Shown piece by piece: positions 1-8,331 of a stretch of DNA of 64,000 nucleotides. The notes under the pieces were generated by a model. It saw only the letters and a list, made by a program, of their open reading frames with translations. It did no database searches and was not told the DNA's origin. Both the position numbers and the translations under genes were made by a program. Within the stretch, counting starts at the first letter, position 1, and each line of letters starts with the position of its first letter. The DNA comes from Leptolyngbyaceae cyanobacterium (lineage in GTDB: Bacteria > Cyanobacteriota > Cyanobacteriia > Phormidesmidales > Phormidesmidaceae), in the NCBI GenBank assembly GCA_965263355.1, contig CBDHHL010000046.1, positions 64,001 to 128,000 of the forward strand. The letters run 5' to 3'.

Positions 1-516
1 ATTAAGATTGAACTTCCTGTTCCTCCCTCTGTTAACCGGCTTTACGTAAGTCGGGGAAAGGGGAAAGGTAAAGCACTAACGACAGAGGCTAAAAGGTACC
101 GAGAACTTGTTAAGTCTATCGTGTCTGCACATTTAGTCTCTTTGTCCAACAGCATTGAGAATGTTGATGGCTACGGACCTGAGATATATAAGCTAGATAT
201 ATCATTAAAACTTCCCAACTTAGAAAACCCAAAATGGTTCTTTGGAGAGTTGATAAACCACGGGAAGGACGCTGGAAAGTTAAAGGTCAAACTTCGGTAC
301 AAAAGGATAGACGCGGATAATCGGATAAAATTCTTACAGGATGCTTTCTGTATCTCAATAGGATTGGATGATTGTTTGGTGTTTGAAACCTGCGTTCGAA
401 AGATAAATGATTCTGAAGAGGGTGTTACGGTGACTCTCTTTAAACTGGACCGAACAAAGTTTTTACCTCCTCAAGGAGAGCCTACATGGCTGAAAAGCTA
501 CCGAGAGTCATTGTAA
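1..516 (+). CDS. rusA: RusA-family Holliday junction resolvase (5'-truncated by window edge)
   Basis: Frame is open from base 1 (IKIELPVPPSVNRLY...) and contains RusA motifs LPxPPSVN, DxDNxxKxxxD and GxDD. Confidence 0.8.
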   Translation: MKIELPVPPSVNRLYVSRGKGKGKALTTEAKRYRELVKSIVSAHLVSLSNSIENVDGYGPEIYKLDISLKLPNLENPKWFFGELINHGKDAGKLKVKLRYKRIDADNRIKFLQDAFCISIGLDDCLVFETCVRKINDSEEGVTVTLFKLDRTKFLPPQGEPTWLKSYRESL

Positions 517-845
517 GACGACCAAAACCTGTCATCGAAGAAGCAGACTTAAGTCTGCTCAATCAGACTGAGTTGGCTCAGTTGGCCCAATTCAATGAAA
601 TTCCAGGAGCCCATTTAGGCATTCCTCGGGAACAGTTGATTCACGCTTTGAACCATATGAAGGAGCTGGGAGAAGACCCATTCGCTAAGAAAAGAAAAAA
701 ATTTAGTGCATTTATTCGTAGGTATTGGGATATCGTAGAATTGCAATTGCCTAGCACGGTATGCCCAAACTGCGAGAGCTGCCCTGGTGATGCTCGAATA
801 GCCATGTGCTATATTCCTAATCAAGAGAAGGGCTTGATCCGATGA
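486..845 (+). CDS. Hypothetical protein with helix-extension-helix-like segment and Cys cluster
   Basis: LSLLNQTELAQLAQ...IPREQLIHAL segment, then CPNCESC...C; overlaps both neighbours. Confidence 0.7.
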   Translation: MAEKLPRVIVRRPKPVIEEADLSLLNQTELAQLAQFNEIPGAHLGIPREQLIHALNHMKELGEDPFAKKRKKFSAFIRRYWDIVELQLPSTVCPNCESCPGDARIAMCYIPNQEKGLIR

Positions 846-2080
846 GTCTTGGATGCCTTGACTGCGATAATTTGCCAGGGTGCAGCTTATTAGCGGGCAA
901 GAAGAATTTTGAGGGTCGAGTGTTCTTAAGAACATCCAGCAAACAGTGTCCTCAATTCCAAGCTACGAGCCAGGCAGAAAAGGCTGTTCGTAAATGGTTC
1001 GAAGGGTTTGTTACCGAAACTGTACAAATTCAAGCCATCCTACAACGCGAATCTTCTCTTGTAGATCCTCCCCTTTTGGAGGAAGAAGAGGAAGGGCAAC
1101 TTGTGAACTTTGAAGAAATGCTCTGGGAGGGCATTACAACCGCCCAAAGAAAAGAGCAGCTTGAGTTCGAAACTAGCGACGGTATAACTTTTGAGTTTTT
1201 GCCTCCCCAAGAAAATATTCCTGAGGAAGAGCCGAAGAAAGTGCCTAGAGGAAGTTTTCCTCTTCGCGCTTACTTAATTCATGAGTTAGGATATGCCGCC
1301 AACATTGTGCAATTTTGGACGAAAGATCAGGTCATCAACGCCATCCTATACGTAGAGGTGGAAAAAGGGCTGATCGTAAAGTCCGGAAAGAAAAAGAAAA
1401 AGGAAGAAAAGATGCCTAAAATAGTAAGCGGAATTAAATCACATTCTAAGTCGAGCAAAGTTACGGCCTCCAAGAAAAAGAAAAAAGAGGCTGAGGAAGA
1501 AGAAGAAGTAGAAGCTGAAGAGGAGATTGAAGAAGAAGAAGACGACGAGGAGGAAGAAGTAGAAGCTGAAGAGGAAGAAGAGGCTGAAGAAGAAGAAGAA
1601 GAGGTAGAAGAGGAAGAGGAGGAGGAGGAAGAAGAAAAAGTCCCAGCCAAAAAACCAGCCTCGAAAAAGAAACCTAAACCGACGAAGGCTGCCCCAAAGA
1701 AGATAGCAGAGCGAAAACCTCGCGGTAAGAAAGCCGCTGCCGCTACTACCAAGAAAAAGAAAAAAGAGGAAGAGTTGCCTGAGGCAACTCTAGAGTCACT
1801 ACAGGCACAAATAGCTGAGTTGAGAGTACTGCTAATCCAAGCCAATACAGTAGTGTTGGATGAGCTAACAGCGAAACTTAACAAGCTTGCCGCACACTCA
1901 GATATTAGAGGTGTGTGCCCCGGTTTAGATCCAGAAGAGTATGACGAGGAAGACTTAAACGATGAGGAGCGTGAAGCCTACGAAGAAGAGCAGGAGCGTC
2001 TTCAACAGGCTGATTTTGATGCTGAACGTCTTCTAAAACAAAATAAGGATATTACGTCATTGTTGCCCGGGGGAAAGTAA
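842..2080 (+). CDS. Highly charged protein (N-terminal Cys cluster, poly-Glu tract flanked by Lys-rich tracts)
   Basis: 412-aa ORF with ATGA overlap to the upstream gene; CxxCxxxxxC at N terminus; about 50-residue Glu/Asp run. Confidence 0.85.
   Translation: MSLGCLDCDNLPGCSLLAGKKNFEGRVFLRTSSKQCPQFQATSQAEKAVRKWFEGFVTETVQIQAILQRESSLVDPPLLEEEEEGQLVNFEEMLWEGITTAQRKEQLEFETSDGITFEFLPPQENIPEEEPKKVPRGSFPLRAYLIHELGYAANIVQFWTKDQVINAILYVEVEKGLIVKSGKKKKKEEKMPKIVSGIKSHSKSSKVTASKKKKKEAEEEEEVEAEEEIEEEEDDEEEEVEAEEEEEAEEEEEEVEEEEEEEEEEKVPAKKPASKKKPKPTKAAPKKIAERKPRGKKAAAATTKKKKKEEELPEATLESLQAQIAELRVLLIQANTVVLDELTAKLNKLAAHSDIRGVCPGLDPEEYDEEDLNDEEREAYEEEQERLQQADFDAERLLKQNKDITSLLPGGK
2071..2077 (+). other. Putative -1 ribosomal frameshift slippery site G GGA AAG
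   Basis: In-frame X XXY YYZ heptamer immediately before TAA 2078-2080; the -1 frame is open for 52 codons to TAG 2233-2235. Confidence 0.65.
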
Positions 2081-2206
2081 AATATTGGTGTGTAAGCCAG
2101 CAACAAATAGTAGAAAGTTCTTTGGAACAGTTGTTGGACATTGCCAGTAAATCAGGAATTTCTACCTACCTAAAAACTGAAGAGACCCTAAGACTAGAAC
2201 TTCTTT

Positions 2207-2635
2207 CTAGTCTAACCCATCATCCAAAATCTTAGTGGCGAGAACAGATAATGGGATAATAACCCAAGGTTTTTCGTACCATTTAGGTAACTTCGACTTT
2301 AACCAAGATACTTCTGCGTCATGAATTTGGACTAGTGTAGCAATCCTAGCTTCGCACCGATCTTCAACTTTTTTAACCTTTAGCTCTTCTTCTTCTTGCG
2401 AAATAGCCTTTTGACTAGCCAACGCGGCAACTTGTTCTATCGTCTGCAGCACTCCAAAGAAGGGCACTATTTCACCCTTCTCCAAAAGCATTGCGCATTT
2501 CGAAGTATCTGCTTTATGGCATTTTTTAGGATGTTGATAGCCTTCTAGTTGCTCAGACACCAAATCATTTGCTCTTGAGTGTCTGACGCAAAAGCAAATC
2601 AACAAGACGATCAGGATTTTTACGAAGGTCCTCAT
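2207..2635 (-). CDS. Exported/membrane protein, possible spanin component
   Basis: N-terminal signal-like helix, coiled coil, C-terminal hydrophobic segment after KWYEKPW; 5' end embedded in the upstream gene. Confidence 0.6.
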   Translation of the reverse strand: MRTFVKILIVLLICFCVRHSRANDLVSEQLEGYQHPKKCHKADTSKCAMLLEKGEIVPFFGVLQTIEQVAALASQKAISQEEEELKVKKVEDRCEARIATLVQIHDAEVSWLKSKLPKWYEKPWVIIPLSVLATKILDDGLD

Positions 2636-2876
2636 ATAACTCCTTATTGCGAACTTGAAGGTCCTCTAATTCCTTCTCATACCGGTTCTCAATCTCTTGC
2701 ATCATTGTCTTTTCTTGTGACTTTGCAGCCTTAACCAACTCACGTTTCTTTTTTAACAAATCGTGCTCTGAGGTTGCTTTGCTCCAAAGACCTTTCAATT
2801 GGCCCAAAGAAAAAATAGTAGTCAGAATTGCAAAGAAGAAAAGGAGAGATAAGTACAGATAGTCTTTTAACTTCAT
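2565..2876 (-). CDS. Membrane-anchored coiled-coil protein, i-spanin-like
   Basis: Single N-terminal TM segment followed by a charged heptad region. Confidence 0.6.
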   Translation of the reverse strand: MKLKDYLYLSLLFFFAILTTIFSLGQLKGLWSKATSEHDLLKKKRELVKAAKSQEKTMMQEIENRYEKELEDLQVRNKELYEDLRKNPDRLVDLLLRQTLKSK

Positions 2877-3307
2877 TAGCTATTTTTTGGTTCTGTAGGT
2901 GCGTCGATTAGATCAGGGGTTGGTTCTGTTTCAATAGCTACGATTAGCTTATTCCACCAACCACCTACACCTCCGGCCAACAGACCAGGTCCTAAAGCTT
3001 CCAAGTAGTTTCCACCCATTGACAAAGACCCTAGGTAGCCAAAGCCGAAAGCTGCGACAACACCAATTAATGGTCTAATCCAGTCTTCAACCGAATCTAA
3101 AAATCTTGCAATGATTGGAACACGTAGAACCACGGTACCTACAAAAGAAAAAAGGGAGGAAAGACCGAGCATCCAATTTTTTTGAAAGGCGGCAATTACG
3201 TCAGTGATGCCGGTTACGAAATCTGTAGAGGAAACTTGGGCACCAACCTCTTGAGCCCAAGCAATTTCAGGATAAAGAACAATCAAGACAAGTACTAGGT
3301 AGAGCAT
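2876..3307 (-). CDS. Holin-like multi-pass membrane protein
   Basis: 143 aa with 3-4 hydrophobic segments and a charged C-terminal tail; upstream of the spanin-like pair. Confidence 0.55.
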   Translation of the reverse strand: MLYLVLVLIVLYPEIAWAQEVGAQVSSTDFVTGITDVIAAFQKNWMLGLSSLFSFVGTVVLRVPIIARFLDSVEDWIRPLIGVVAAFGFGYLGSLSMGGNYLEALGPGLLAGGVGGWWNKLIVAIETEPTPDLIDAPTEPKNS

Positions 3308-3348
3308 GGTACTAAAGTACTATGCTCTACCAATTCAACAAAACTTCC

Positions 3349-3597
3349 TTAAGAATTTTCTAATTTTTCTAGTAATGAAGTAGCTAGGGAGACTTGCTCC
3401 GCAATTGTCCCGCTTGTAAGCAATAACTGACGTTCCAGATTAGCTACTTGTTCTTGGGCCTGAGTCAAACGTTGCTTTATAACATTAAATTCTTTGGTAC
3501 TTTGTCTCCAGCGTTGTTGCACAAGCGCGAAAGTAGGATCTGAATGGGCTTGTTCTTGCGACAAGGTCTGAATAGCTTTTTCTGAGCCAATTGACAT
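3349..3597 (-). CDS. Small coiled-coil hypothetical protein
   Basis: 82-aa ORF with Gln/Leu heptads, co-oriented with the operon. Confidence 0.65.
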   Translation of the reverse strand: MSIGSEKAIQTLSQEQAHSDPTFALVQQRWRQSTKEFNVIKQRLTQAQEQVANLERQLLLTSGTIAEQVSLATSLLEKLENS

Positions 3598-3639
3598 GGT
3601 TTTTTGTATACAGAGGACACCTAGAATTCCAACAAGTTT

Positions 3640-6600
3640 TTAGCGATATCTATACGTAACAACAAATTTATGGAAGCCCGCAGAACAAGCTGCCGGCGCG
3701 GTAATTGTCGCGTAAAAAGCATCTTCCCCAACGACAACAGTACCTCCCGTAGCACCTAAAGTCATGTTTGTTGTACCAGTTCCCGTACCCACGCTTAACG
3801 TAGTAGATGCCACAGTAAGACCACCAGAAGTGCCGTTGTCCCTATGAAGACGCAAGGTTAACCCAGCTCCACTAATAGAGAAGTGATGCACCACAACACT
3901 AGTAACGATAGTATTTGGCGGTAACGTAAATTGCCGTACAAGAGTTCTACCAAAAGAATCTGGAATTATATTAATGAAAGCGTGACTAGAACCACTCAAG
4001 TAAGCAGCACTAACGCCACCGCCGCTTCCTATATTCTCCCAACCCACCGCTCCTATTGCATAGTCATGTTCATGCTCTACGGGAAGGCTCCAAGCTACCT
4101 TCCAACCTGTGCTTGTATCCCTTGTTGAAGATGTATCAACGCCATCTGTCCAAGAAGTTGACGTATCAAAAGGTTTCGTTAAAACACGAAAACAAGTACT
4201 CCCAAAACGATCTGGGCTTATTCGCAACATGGTAGCTGTTAAGTTGCTGTTGTTTTTATTCCACTCGTCATCAATAGAAGACCAAGAAGCTCCGGCAACT
4301 AGCTCTAAGCCAGAAGAATTTTGTTCTATTGTGGCACCAACAGGCGTTATACCAGAACCAAATCCTGCTGTTGTGTCCCCTCGACTGCCATAAATAGCAA
4401 AGGCTGGGCAATCATTTGTTGCAAAACCGCCACCAGTGTCCGTCAACCCTTGTATATGTATTAACTTAGCTCTATATGGATTAGTTGTACCCATAGAAAA
4501 ACGATTATGAATAAAATTTTCATGCATGCTGTCAGAGTCAGTTATTGTCCTGAAATCCTCCAAACCCTCTGTCTCAATATATGGATTGGAGCTTGCTGTG
4601 TTAAATCGGACTAGACGATCTACACTAACACGACCACCATTTGCACCTACTTCAATAACTGGAACACCTGCAGATATCTCTCGCACACGCATCAATAATT
4701 GACCCGTAGAACCTGCCATAGGATCACTATTAGCTCTCCAATCAAAACTACCACTAGGGGCTGCTGCTGCACCTGGATCTACATCATCTGTCAGAGCAAA
4801 AGTCATACGACCATTTGTCCCCATCTCTACAAAACTTTGGACTTCTGTCGTAGATCTATTGCTGCGAAAACTGAAAGAAACAGCTGCCGAAGTAGCATCT
4901 GATGTATTCAATCGTAATGCTTCCAAAGCCGTTGGAAGTGGTCGTACCTCCAAACCAACAGGACTAATTGAGCCGTCTCGAGTATTAGCGCCCACAGACC
5001 CATTTGAGTGGAGCATGAACTGAGTTAAAGCAGAGTCTGTTGCAGGTGTAGTAGTAATAGTAGTAGCATCAGCTCGAAGTCCTAAAAATGACCAACGATT
5101 TAATGCATTGGTGCCATCACCAACAACATCGTTTATCCAGTAAGTTGTTCTATCATCAACTCCTGCATAGTCTTCGCGAAAGCCAGTAACTATTCGAGAG
5201 GCATAACCGCTTGACCAACGACCGTCAGCAATAGGAGGAGTAACGACCCCATCACCCACAACTAATAAAGTGCCTGTTGCATTAGACGGGTTACTCACGC
5301 CAGAAGATAGATGAGCCGCGGTGGGAGCACCAATCCACATAGAAGCCGTATCTGAACTCTTAGGATAGACAATGACATTGGGTGTAGTAGGTATTAGGGG
5401 GTCTGTCCAATTCTCAATCTCCGCCAAATGCTCTCCAGTTGCTAAGATAGAATTTCCCACAACTGTTCTCAAATCAATATTTTCGGATAGGCCTGCCGAT
5501 TCAACTGCGTAAACGCCAAAGGCAAAAGCATCAGTCTTGGCTTTTAAGCGCGCGCCAGTAGTTCCACGAAGATATATGCTTGAAGGCCTCAAATCTTTTG
5601 AGTAACCAAAATCATCGTGCTCCACATCAAACCGGCGAAGCATAGATGAAAGTAACTCCCCGTTTGTATCCATTGGATAATCTTCAAAATCACCTTGCAG
5701 TGAAGCCTCGTAATCATCTGAAATATAATATTCAATGATGATCGTTTCTCCAGATTGAGGGACAGCTCCTCCACCAGAACCCGGATTACCTTCAGCCGCC
5801 AATTGAAGAAACGGTGCGGGGTAATATGCTCCGTCCCTTGTAACAGCGATAGAACCGAAACCTCCAGCAGCCACTGGATTCAAATACACAGGCGTATAAT
5901 CTAGATTCATCAACTCTAGGGTCTTTTGATCGATGACCTTTTTGACTCTGTAAGTACCATTATTCGACCAAGGACTAGATGAGCTTGCGGATGTCCAAAC
6001 TACCAAGTCTCCCACCAAAGCATTAGTAAAGTCCACGGAACCCGTGGTTACAGCAACGATATTGCTTCGTTGGATACTTGTTACTGTGGCAGAAGTGTTA
6101 GGAACTGCTTGAGCCACACCTTCAATTCGAGTTCCAAAAGTCGAAGGAGCACTAAACGTATCATGGATGCTTAAGATCTTGGCTTCAACACTACCAAACC
6201 CATCAAATATTTCGATGTCAGCAGTACCACTAAAAGTGATGGGATCACCATTACCATCAGCTGACTCCACCACAAGCTCATTAGCTGTCTGATGTAATAC
6301 TCGACGAGGACGAGACTCCAAACCACCAGCAGTTGTAGTAAAAGAAACAAACTGACCTACCGTCACAGACCCAAAAGCACTACTCAATGTCAAAATTGTT
6401 TGAGCACTATTTGGAGTGCCTAGAGGGTCCACTACTACAGAGGATGCTGTAATAGTTGTAGTAACAAACAAATCCCGAGTATAGACAGACCCGTCTGATT
6501 GAAGAATCCGAACAAAGTCAAAAGTAGTTGGTGTGGTTGTCTTGCCAACATAGACACCTTTCCCAGTAAAACTAGCCCCAATTTGAATGCCTCGCTCCCC

Positions 6601-7236
6601 ATCAGCTGTGAGGGTCTGACGAACCCTTCGGGATCTCCGACCTAGGCCAAGCTTATTTTCTGCTGCTGCTGAATTAAAGGCCAATTGAAAACTGGCTCTA
6701 TTTATTTTGGCAGCGCCAAGAACTTCACCTATAGAAACTCCCAGCTGACCTATAGAACTCACACCTCGAGTCGGATCTATATGTTGACTCTGCTGTAAAT
6801 CCCCTCCAAAAGATTCTGTTTCTGAAATTAAACCTAGGGCAGGAAAAATTGCTTCAGAAGCTGCCACACTTTGAAGACGTAAGTAACTTTGACCACCTAC
6901 TGTAGGACTCGTTAAACGCAAGAAGCCGTTATCGTTAAATGCTACGGTTACGCCTACAGCAGTATTTATAGTACTAATAACCTCTGCCAAAGTTTTATTG
7001 CCAGAAGTAAAAGAAATGGCCGTAGATGTGGGTACACCGGCAACATCTCGAAATAGGTTAAAACTTAGACCCCCAACAACAAAACCTCCAGAAGGCTCTT
7101 GCAGCATCCCTAGGATGGTCGCTTGAACATCTATAGCGCCCGGCGCTTGAACGTAACTTGAGCCATCTGCGCTTCTCACAAATGGCCAATCGCCTGTTAA
7201 GACGGACAAGTCTTTGCTAGAATATGGAGCTGTCAC
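3640..7236 (-). CDS. Large tail fibre / receptor-binding-like structural protein
   Basis: 1198 aa, Gly/Ser/Thr-rich beta composition; distal to the baseplate genes. Confidence 0.7.
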   Translation of the reverse strand: MTAPYSSKDLSVLTGDWPFVRSADGSSYVQAPGAIDVQATILGMLQEPSGGFVVGGLSFNLFRDVAGVPTSTAISFTSGNKTLAEVISTINTAVGVTVAFNDNGFLRLTSPTVGGQSYLRLQSVAASEAIFPALGLISETESFGGDLQQSQHIDPTRGVSSIGQLGVSIGEVLGAAKINRASFQLAFNSAAAENKLGLGRRSRRVRQTLTADGERGIQIGASFTGKGVYVGKTTTPTTFDFVRILQSDGSVYTRDLFVTTTITASSVVVDPLGTPNSAQTILTLSSAFGSVTVGQFVSFTTTAGGLESRPRRVLHQTANELVVESADGNGDPITFSGTADIEIFDGFGSVEAKILSIHDTFSAPSTFGTRIEGVAQAVPNTSATVTSIQRSNIVAVTTGSVDFTNALVGDLVVWTSASSSSPWSNNGTYRVKKVIDQKTLELMNLDYTPVYLNPVAAGGFGSIAVTRDGAYYPAPFLQLAAEGNPGSGGGAVPQSGETIIIEYYISDDYEASLQGDFEDYPMDTNGELLSSMLRRFDVEHDDFGYSKDLRPSSIYLRGTTGARLKAKTDAFAFGVYAVESAGLSENIDLRTVVGNSILATGEHLAEIENWTDPLIPTTPNVIVYPKSSDTASMWIGAPTAAHLSSGVSNPSNATGTLLVVGDGVVTPPIADGRWSSGYASRIVTGFREDYAGVDDRTTYWINDVVGDGTNALNRWSFLGLRADATTITTTPATDSALTQFMLHSNGSVGANTRDGSISPVGLEVRPLPTALEALRLNTSDATSAAVSFSFRSNRSTTEVQSFVEMGTNGRMTFALTDDVDPGAAAAPSGSFDWRANSDPMAGSTGQLLMRVREISAGVPVIEVGANGGRVSVDRLVRFNTASSNPYIETEGLEDFRTITDSDSMHENFIHNRFSMGTTNPYRAKLIHIQGLTDTGGGFATNDCPAFAIYGSRGDTTAGFGSGITPVGATIEQNSSGLELVAGASWSSIDDEWNKNNSNLTATMLRISPDRFGSTCFRVLTKPFDTSTSWTDGVDTSSTRDTSTGWKVAWSLPVEHEHDYAIGAVGWENIGSGGGVSAAYLSGSSHAFINIIPDSFGRTLVRQFTLPPNTIVTSVVVHHFSISGAGLTLRLHRDNGTSGGLTVASTTLSVGTGTGTTNMTLGATGGTVVVGEDAFYATITAPAACSAGFHKFVVTYRYR

Positions 7237-7243
7237 AATGCCG

Positions 7244-7759
7244 TTATAGCATGAGAGACCAATTCACTGTTAAAGTTTGCCCAGTGGTTTTTACAATAGG
7301 TGTACTAAGCGTTCTATAGGCAATTACATTTACGGAAGAAGAAGTTGCAACAATACTGCCGTCATCTACCACTAAGCCAAACTCAGTTAAATTAACAGAA
7401 GCAAATTCCGCTGCTGGATAAGAAACTTGGTACCTAGCCACATTAACGGGAGAAAATGTAGGCGGACTTAACTGTTTCAAAAAGTTGGTACCATCAAAAG
7501 TTTGTGCAGTAGCCAATGTAGATACAGAAGACACACTTGGTTGAGAGCTGGTACCCGCAATAATCCATCTCGGCCGCACTGCGGAAACAGGCACATCTGT
7601 AGTGCCCATAGTTTGCCAATAGCTCAGGTCGCGTAACCAGGTCTTGCCAGTTTCCGTAAACACATTCCTACCGGAATGCGCACGTATCAAAACATTGTTT
7701 GAGTCATAAAGGCAAATGGTGACAGAGTTCTGTCGAACATTTAAAACGTCAGTGTCCAT
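7244..7759 (-). CDS. Baseplate/tail-fibre attachment protein (paralog 2)
   Basis: Shares NVFTETGxxWL...TDVP...RW...GT, E.GL.VD and IAY.T...K motifs with 7741-8328. Confidence 0.7.
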   Translation of the reverse strand: MDTDVLNVRQNSVTICLYDSNNVLIRAHSGRNVFTETGKTWLRDLSYWQTMGTTDVPVSAVRPRWIIAGTSSQPSVSSVSTLATAQTFDGTNFLKQLSPPTFSPVNVARYQVSYPAAEFASVNLTEFGLVVDDGSIVATSSSVNVIAYRTLSTPIVKTTGQTLTVNWSLML

Positions 7760-8328
7760 CGAATCACCAAAGAAAAATCGGCTGTTTTATTGAGGGGCTC
7801 AAATGTCTTATATGCGATAGGGGCATTCAAAGACGCGGAAGGATCTAAAGTAGAATCTGTAGCCCCTCCAGCACTCGAGTCATCCGTACCCGTGGAAGAA
7901 CTAGCAGGCTGAACATCTACGAACAAGCCTGCCTCTGAAACTGCTACAACGTTTAGGCCCAACGAGACCAAAGACACCTCCGTAGTACTAAACTCCCTAA
8001 CAAATTCGATTGAATTTGTTGTTAGTGGATTACTATTCTGTATCGCTCCAAGATAAACTCCGGAAGTAACCTGTGCTGGAGTAACCAAATTACTAACTGA
8101 CGCTACCTCAGATTGCGTACCAGTACCTAAGCCCATCCACCGGACCCTACGATTAGTAAAAGGCACATCGGTTGCTCCTATTGTTGACCAAGCACTCAAG
8201 CGAGTCAGCCAATTACTCCCAGTCTCCGTAAAGACATTATGACCATCTCGAGTCTGTTTGAGCTTTCCATGCTCCCTCAACTCTAAATGAAAATTACACC
8301 TAACACCTAGATCTTCTACTAGTTTCAT
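7741..8328 (-). CDS. Baseplate/tail-fibre attachment protein (paralog 1)
   Basis: HNVFT...EAGLF...K.ADFSL.IRWTLTF pattern typical of phage fibre-attachment proteins; tandem paralog of 7244-7759. Confidence 0.7.
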   Translation of the reverse strand: MKLVEDLGVRCNFHLELREHGKLKQTRDGHNVFTETGSNWLTRLSAWSTIGATDVPFTNRRVRWMGLGTGTQSEVASVSNLVTPAQVTSGVYLGAIQNSNPLTTNSIEFVREFSTTEVSLVSLGLNVVAVSEAGLFVDVQPASSSTGTDDSSAGGATDSTLDPSASLNAPIAYKTFEPLNKTADFSLVIRWTLTF

Positions 8329-8331
8329 AAT

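Noticed and set aside
1327..1884. 185-aa poly-Ser/Phe ORF on the minus strand
   Set aside because: It is the antisense shadow of the GAA/GAG/AAA-rich codons of 842-2080.
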